IMG/VR virus record: IMGVR_UViG_3300008448_000045
Span: 12,824 to 76,823 of that record
Length of the DNA: 64,000 nt
Reading direction: 5' to 3' (one strand)
Source: a virus
The notes under the pieces were generated by a model. That model saw only the letters and a list, made by a program, of their open reading frames with translations. It had not been told where the DNA came from and ran no database searches. The position numbers and the translations under genes were made by a program. Position 1 is the stretch's first letter. Every line of letters begins with the position of its first letter. Below, piece after piece: positions 59,146-64,000 of the stretch.

Positions 59146-59876
59146 TACTTGCTTTGCGCTGGGAGAATATAGTTGTATTCAGCCATACCGCTATCCACAG
59201 TGATCATCATAGCACCTGCATCACTAATTTTAACAGTCTTATCTCCAGCAAGTGCTAGAATACTCATAACTTGAATAACAGGCCATGCCCAGGTAGATTT
59301 TAATTTGCCAACAACATTAGCTTCAAAAACAAATTCTCCTGCATGGGTACTAGCATCTCCAAAACTAAAAACAAGATTATTGTTTTCAGTCTTTACTTGG
59401 AATACAGTTTCCTCACTGTGGGCGTTTGCTTGGAATTTTAATCTTTGAATAGAAGACACGTTAGGTTCAAAATCAACACTCCATGTTGCACCTTTAAACT
59501 TAACAGATTTTAATTTCTCATTAATAATCTCAGTGTTCATAAATCTGTAATCATTTTGAAAATCACCAGCGGCGTTTTTAAAATGTAATCCAGTTGGAAT
59601 TACTTCATTATTTCTTTCTGCGGTTGTAACACCAATTGATGCACCTTCTTTATATTCAGGACACTTTAAATGAATGTCTAGCTTGTTTAAATTAGGCATG
59701 CCAAAAATACCTTCAAATTCTGATACAGGTGTTTTAGTCTTTGCATTAATGATTACTGATCGATCCTCAGCCATACCTTCAATTTGAGTCTCTTCTTCAG
59801 AAGACGAAATCTTAATTAAAGGAATAAATCCAAGTGCATGAGTGTGTGCTACTAGGTCTTGTAAAATATCTTTCAT
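59145..59876 (-). CDS. DNA polymerase sliding clamp (gp45-like)
   Basis: About 243 aa two-domain alpha/beta pattern (FGMPNLNKL..DYRFM..YNYILPA) near polB. Start MKDIL with GGAG RBS. Confidence 0.65.
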   Translation of the reverse strand: MKDILQDLVAHTHALGFIPLIKISSSEEETQIEGMAEDRSVIINAKTKTPVSEFEGIFGMPNLNKLDIHLKCPEYKEGASIGVTTAERNNEVIPTGLHFKNAAGDFQNDYRFMNTEIINEKLKSVKFKGATWSVDFEPNVSSIQRLKFQANAHSEETVFQVKTENNNLVFSFGDASTHAGEFVFEANVVGKLKSTWAWPVIQVMSILALAGDKTVKISDAGAMMITVDSGMAEYNYILPAQSK

Positions 59877-59896
59877 GTTTTTCTCCATTGTTAATG

Positions 59897-59925
59897 ATTA
59901 TATTTAGGTTTTTGTTAAAGGTCAA
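59897..59925 (-). promoter_or_regulatory. Promoter TTGACC-N17-TATAAT with overlapping CTAAATA
   Basis: Upstream of the clamp/TGT operon. Shares the 14-mer CAAAAACCTAAATA with the folE promoter. Confidence 0.65.
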
Positions 59926-60709
59926 GAGTCTTTCTTACCGTTTTATTATATTCAATTGCTGATTTAAGCACATCTAACGATACACCTAATTGATCTGAAT
60001 ATTTTATTAATGCTTTAGTATCTTTTGGAAAACAATGCCCCCCAAAGCCACGATCTTCATCAATCCCGGGGACTAATGTATGACTAGATCCAATTCTATG
60101 ATCGTGGACTAAAATTTGTCTTACAACATTAAAATCTGCCCCATTGGCATTGCAAAGATCAAACATATGATTAAAGAAAGCTACTTTGGTTGCTAAAAAC
60201 GAATTAGCTGCGTATTTTATTGTAGATGCTTCGGTTAGTGTGCATTTAAAAAATATTTTAGATAATGGCAACGCTTCAGAGAGTATAGTTTCCCAGAAAC
60301 TGTCTGGATCGTCACCTCCTAAAATTGTAAACCTTTGGTTAGTAAAGTCAAACTCTGCTGATCTAGCACGTAAGAATTCCGGACTATAACATATAGGGTT
60401 ATCTGGAAAATCTGTTACTAACTTTTCAAGATTGTCTGGAGTTACTGTAGATTTGATTAAAATAGGTGTGTTTGGCGAAGTCTTTGAAATAACATCTCTA
60501 ATCTGACTGTCATCACACCCGCCGTCTTCTAAACTTGGTGTTCCTACACAAATAACAACCCCGTCTGCTAATGGATAGTCCTCCATTTTAGAACTATTAT
60601 AGAGTGGATCTATAATTGAACATTGATTAAATTCTCTCAAGGCTTTAAATACAGCTTTACCAACAAAGCCGTAGCCTGCAACTAGTATTTCTTTTTTTTC
60701 TTGTTTCAT
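59915..60709 (-). CDS. ugd: UDP-glucose/GDP-mannose dehydrogenase family protein (C-terminal domain absent)
   Basis: GYGFVG, CVGTP, IKSTV, SPEFLR, KYAANSFLATKVAFFN, GFGGHCFPKD. Confidence 0.85.
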   Translation of the reverse strand: MKQEKKEILVAGYGFVGKAVFKALREFNQCSIIDPLYNSSKMEDYPLADGVVICVGTPSLEDGGCDDSQIRDVISKTSPNTPILIKSTVTPDNLEKLVTDFPDNPICYSPEFLRARSAEFDFTNQRFTILGGDDPDSFWETILSEALPLSKIFFKCTLTEASTIKYAANSFLATKVAFFNHMFDLCNANGADFNVVRQILVHDHRIGSSHTLVPGIDEDRGFGGHCFPKDTKALIKYSDQLGVSLDVLKSAIEYNKTVRKTLDL

Positions 60710-60710
60710 A

Positions 60711-63380
60711 TTATATGTCAAATAAACTATTAAATGTATTTTTTTCTTCAGTGCTAGTAATATTCCAGTTTAGAACACCAATAAGATTTTCTAACTTCTT
60801 ATCAATAATAGTAGCTTCCATTTCAGCATGATCAAACGGCAAATCTTTGAACCATTGTGGCAAACGTAATTCATCCACTGGGTAAGCAACACTATTATAT
60901 TCTAATGGATTTTGTTTTAGTTTACAAACAATAACCTTAGCACCATCAGTAATACCCATTGAATATTTGTCGCTAAACATACGCTTCAATGTATCCCAAT
61001 TAATACTTGCACGAACGTGCCCTGGCATATTAGCTTTACCTTGTTTGACTTCTTTAGCTTGATATTCAGTAATGTTGTTAGCACGTTTAGGACTACCTTT
61101 TTCCCATCCGGGTCTTGCTTTAAACTTAGCACGGAATTCACTAATAAAATCTAATACTTGTTGTTCAGTAGATCCGGTCAACACCATTTCAAGTACATCG
61201 CTTAAAAAGTTTTGAATGAATTCTGGTGTGTCACTTCGTTTAAGATCTAGCCCCATGGCCTTGATCTTACCAGGCTTACCTTCTACATCTGCTCGCTTAC
61301 CTTCTTTGTCATAGTATAATACAGCATACCGTTTTTTAGTAATAAACAACGCTTTAGAACCAACAATTTCTCGTCCTGCTTTAATAACTTCGCCCCTTGA
61401 TTTAGGACAATGAAATGCATCTAACATAAATTGTGGAAAAGTTGCATTAACTTCCTCTCCAATTTGATCATATAGTTGAACTACAGTTTCTTTAGTCCAC
61501 GGTATATGTCCTGCATCAATTTCTTTCTTTAGTATTTTGTAAGCACTAAAGTAACAAGAGTCAGTATCGCCGTAGATGATTGCTTTACCGCGATAGTCAT
61601 AATCACCCGCAACAATCTCATTTACTTTACTTGCCATGTGTTTAACAATTTGGCGACCAGTAAGTGTAGTTGATTGGCCAATACGCTTGTCAAAGAATCT
61701 ACAACCAGCATTAAGAATAGCACCATACAAACTGTTCAAGTTAATCTTCTTAACTAGCTGACGTTTATCCCAATATTCTTCCTCAACTTTATTACCTGCT
61801 TTAATTGCTTCTTTAAGTTTAGCCTGCATCTCTTTACGTTCTGCATACCAACGTTTCAGTAGCCCTGGAATGATACCTTCTTTCTCATATGTAAAGATTG
61901 TACCGTTAGCTGAAAGCATCCAAGGTTGATTGCTTTCAAAAATTAATCTATAAACTTCTGCGGCACTTACTATATCACTAGAACCATCTTCCCAGTCGAT
62001 AGCAATATCTGTACCTATTTCTTGATTCATTACAGCAGTATATTCTAAACTACCAAACACACCTTCCCATGCTGATGCAAATGACTTACCTTTATTAATT
62101 TGTTCTTGAATAAAATTATCAGTAAGAATTGGCCTTAATTGCCCAATAATAGTTTCAGGCCCCATATTCAACGCACGAATCGCTGATGGGTAAAGTGAGT
62201 TAATATCTAGTGAGCCGATCCAGTCTTGCAAACCTTCTTTAGGATATGCAACATAAGCACCGGCAGCACCTTCATTGCTTTCTCTTTCATTCATTTTTGT
62301 TCTATTAGGAACAACAAAGCCTCTACGATGTGCTTCGTTAATAATAGCTTGCTCAGTAACAGCTACAGCCCCCATAGTTGTTTGTACTAGTACTGTATTT
62401 TCATGTGCTAGTGTATTGGCTAGATCCAAGAACTTGAGTTTCTTGTCGAGTCTATCCAATAGCGCACAGTCTTGTCTGTTATATTCGACGAATGTTTTAA
62501 AATCGTTGTTGTAGAGTTGGTCCAAAGTTCCTTCATACTGAGTTTTTCTTTCACCAAGCTCGTATTCCGCGATGGCATCCAATCGATAGGAGTGTCTTTC
62601 TTCATAAGTATATTTCCTATAAAGTTCTAGATAATCAACGTGAACTCGACCAACAAAATCATACGTAGTCGACTCTCTTCCAAATTTTTCAAATTCTCTT
62701 CTACGAGGAAATAAATTAAACAGACAGAACCGTCTAGTATCTTCTTTGCTCAATACTTTTGTTACACGGTTAACAGTATAGGGAATATCGAATCCCTCAC
62801 TGTTCCATCCAGACAACACATCTGCTTCTTGTATTAGATCTAAGAATGTGTCCAACAAGTCTGCCTCGTTGTCAAACAACATAGTATTAGGAAAGTCTTT
62901 AACCATTTCTTTGGCATCTTCCATTTTAACTTTCTTTGGAGGAATTGCCAAACAAATCATAGTGTCTAACCACTGCAGGTGAATAGCGATAGCAGTAATT
63001 GGCATGAATGCATCGTCGGGGGATGCATAGCCACGTTCTGGGTCAAAGTCCACCTCAATATCGAAAAACGCTACATTTAGTTTAGGTGCATCTGCATTAA
63101 GATAGTTTTCGCTTAAACAAACAAAAATAGGATTAATATCAGATTCGTAAAGTTGTCGACTACTATTAATAGCCATTTCTTTACGGAGCTCTTTAGTGTT
63201 TTTACAAACTATTCTTGAAACTGGATCCCCATAGATTGAATTAAACTTTCCTTTGGGGTCTTTAACATAGAATGTATGGCGTACCGGAATATCTTTATAT
63301 TCTCTTTCGCCTTTTTTATTTCGTTCGACAATTCTGATAATATCATTATCTCGGTCGAAGTATGCATCTACATACGACAT
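60711..63380 (-). CDS. Family B DNA polymerase (gp43-like)
   Basis: FFDIEVD, GWNSEGFDIPY, YNRQD exonuclease motifs; DINSLYPS, KINLNSLYG, YGDTDS, KKRY polymerase motifs. Confidence 0.95.
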   Translation of the reverse strand: MSYVDAYFDRDNDIIRIVERNKKGEREYKDIPVRHTFYVKDPKGKFNSIYGDPVSRIVCKNTKELRKEMAINSSRQLYESDINPIFVCLSENYLNADAPKLNVAFFDIEVDFDPERGYASPDDAFMPITAIAIHLQWLDTMICLAIPPKKVKMEDAKEMVKDFPNTMLFDNEADLLDTFLDLIQEADVLSGWNSEGFDIPYTVNRVTKVLSKEDTRRFCLFNLFPRRREFEKFGRESTTYDFVGRVHVDYLELYRKYTYEERHSYRLDAIAEYELGERKTQYEGTLDQLYNNDFKTFVEYNRQDCALLDRLDKKLKFLDLANTLAHENTVLVQTTMGAVAVTEQAIINEAHRRGFVVPNRTKMNERESNEGAAGAYVAYPKEGLQDWIGSLDINSLYPSAIRALNMGPETIIGQLRPILTDNFIQEQINKGKSFASAWEGVFGSLEYTAVMNQEIGTDIAIDWEDGSSDIVSAAEVYRLIFESNQPWMLSANGTIFTYEKEGIIPGLLKRWYAERKEMQAKLKEAIKAGNKVEEEYWDKRQLVKKINLNSLYGAILNAGCRFFDKRIGQSTTLTGRQIVKHMASKVNEIVAGDYDYRGKAIIYGDTDSCYFSAYKILKKEIDAGHIPWTKETVVQLYDQIGEEVNATFPQFMLDAFHCPKSRGEVIKAGREIVGSKALFITKKRYAVLYYDKEGKRADVEGKPGKIKAMGLDLKRSDTPEFIQNFLSDVLEMVLTGSTEQQVLDFISEFRAKFKARPGWEKGSPKRANNITEYQAKEVKQGKANMPGHVRASINWDTLKRMFSDKYSMGITDGAKVIVCKLKQNPLEYNSVAYPVDELRLPQWFKDLPFDHAEMEATIIDKKLENLIGVLNWNITSTEEKNTFNSLFDI

Positions 63381-63391
63381 GTGTTATTTTC

Positions 63392-63459
63392 TCCTTTGTC
63401 ATTTTCGGCTGACAAATACCGATACGGCGGATTATGGCCCGCCTTACCTTTATATTATA
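63392..63459 (-). promoter_or_regulatory. Structured 5' leader of the polymerase gene (two hairpins next to the RBS)
   Basis: Minus strand TATAAT..GGCGG-gccataat-CCGCC..TTTGTCA-gccgaaaa-TGACAAA-GGAG..ATG. Confidence 0.5.
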
Positions 63460-63465
63460 CTATCT

Positions 63466-63723
63466 TTAGATACGTTTTGTAATATCTAGAATTGCTTCAA
63501 TTTCTTCCCAATCTTCGTTATATTGGCTCCAGTCACCTTTGTGTGCAATCTTAATTGCTTTGTTAATTACACTGGGTTTGACCTGTAATTCTTCAGCAAC
63601 TGCTTTAACAGTTTCCTTCAAGCCTTCTTGTAGATCTTCAATTTCACGTAATACTGTAGAACCTTCTGTAATTAAACGTTCTAATTTAGCCTTTTCTTCT
63701 GCACCGTATGAACGACCAGCCAT
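63466..63723 (-). CDS. DsbA/GapR-like dsDNA-binding protein
   Basis: 85-aa helical pattern KLERLITEG..IEDLQEGLKETVKAVAEELQVKPSVINKAIKIAHK..EEIEAI, similar to T4 DsbA. Confidence 0.6.
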   Translation of the reverse strand: MAGRSYGAEEKAKLERLITEGSTVLREIEDLQEGLKETVKAVAEELQVKPSVINKAIKIAHKGDWSQYNEDWEEIEAILDITKRI

Positions 63724-63746
63724 GTAAATCTCCTATTAATTTGCCT

Positions 63747-63775
63747 ATTGTACTATACTTATGTAGCTTAGTCAA
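63747..63775 (-). promoter_or_regulatory. Sigma70-type promoter
   Basis: Minus strand TTGACT-N17-TACAAT, then AGGAG RBS. Confidence 0.7.
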
Positions 63776-63784
63776 TGATCTATG

Positions 63785-63814
63785 AAAAAAATGGCAGAAT
63801 AAATCTGCCATTTT
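63785..63814 (-). terminator. Rho-independent terminator (possibly bidirectional)
   Basis: AAAATGGCAGA-ATAAA-TCTGCCATTTT inverted repeat with a U7 run on the minus strand, downstream of the partial gene. Confidence 0.7.
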
Positions 63815-63848
63815 AAGAAAAGTGGAATATACTTCCACGGAGCGATTA

Positions 63849-64000
63849 TTACTTAATCAATTGTAAAATACGAGACAACTCAGTGTTTTCCCTTAAAAGT
63901 TGTGGGTTGTATAAATTTTCAAAACCCATTGCTTTTAATTCTGCTTTAATTGCATCTAAGTCTTTTTTGCAATCTGGTTCTTTCTCTAGTTCTTGTATTA
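63849..64000 (-). CDS. C-terminal end of a protein (partial)
   Basis: Open frame ..IQELEKEPDCKKDLDAIKAELKAMGFENLYNPQLLRENTELSRILQLIK* followed by the terminator. Confidence 0.55.
   Translation of the reverse strand, partial: IQELEKEPDCKKDLDAIKAELKAMGFENLYNPQLLRENTELSRILQLIK

Noticed and set aside
60711-63380. Intein or intron in the DNA polymerase
   Set aside because: 889 aa with contiguous motifs and no splice or homing-endonuclease signatures.
1584-63727. Numerous 60-145 aa ORFs antisense to or nested in long genes (e.g. 5415-5837, 24238-24591, 37025-37459, 47696-48025, 55960-56274)
   Set aside because: They lie within well-supported genes and have no RBS or motifs; they are shadow ORFs.
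63822-63838. Second small inverted repeat GTGGAA-tatac-TTCCAC
   Set aside because: Short 6-bp stem with no U-tract; the adjacent stronger hairpin explains termination.
1-64000. Stop-codon reassignment (TAG stops appear rare)
   Set aside because: Long genes, including the 15-kb ORF, are intact and tightly packed in code 11; no fragmented genes need read-through.
1-64000. CRISPR array, tRNA genes, integrase/transposase, reverse transcriptase or DGR
   Set aside because: No regularly spaced repeat-spacer units, cloverleafs or relevant motifs were seen. The repeats present are coding Ig/fibre units.

Overview
A 64 kb, AT-rich, gene-dense piece of a large T4-like (myovirus/jumbo-type) dsDNA phage genome, read in standard code 11. 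The + strand (1-40115) is a virion module: baseplate hub, gp5-like spike, gp25, gp6, a 4996-aa wedge/adhesin protein, a gp9/10-like connector, three paralogous tail fibres and two Ig-repeat proteins. It is followed by a five-gene operon with four GT-A glycosyltransferase-like genes. The - strand (40066-64000) is a replication and nucleotide-metabolism module: ThyX, MoxR AAA plus VWA-metallopeptidase, T4-type RNase H, sliding clamp, family B polymerase and a DsbA-like protein. The main finding lies inside this module: a 7-deazaguanine modification locus with FolE, a QueE with a split Cys motif, a QueD paralogue with LxxxHRHxF (DpdL type) and a divergent TGT/DpdA-like transglycosylase. No QueC, QueF or canonical QueD is visible in the window. 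The locus is tightly coupled to a GT-B glycosyltransferase resembling the DUF3524/GTDC1 (queuosine mannosyltransferase) family, plus a purine PRTase, cupin, 2OG-oxygenase-like, MazG-like and UDP-sugar dehydrogenase genes. This suggests an uncharacterised, possibly sugar-decorated deazaguanine modification. All calls come from motif recognition by eye; no database searches were run.
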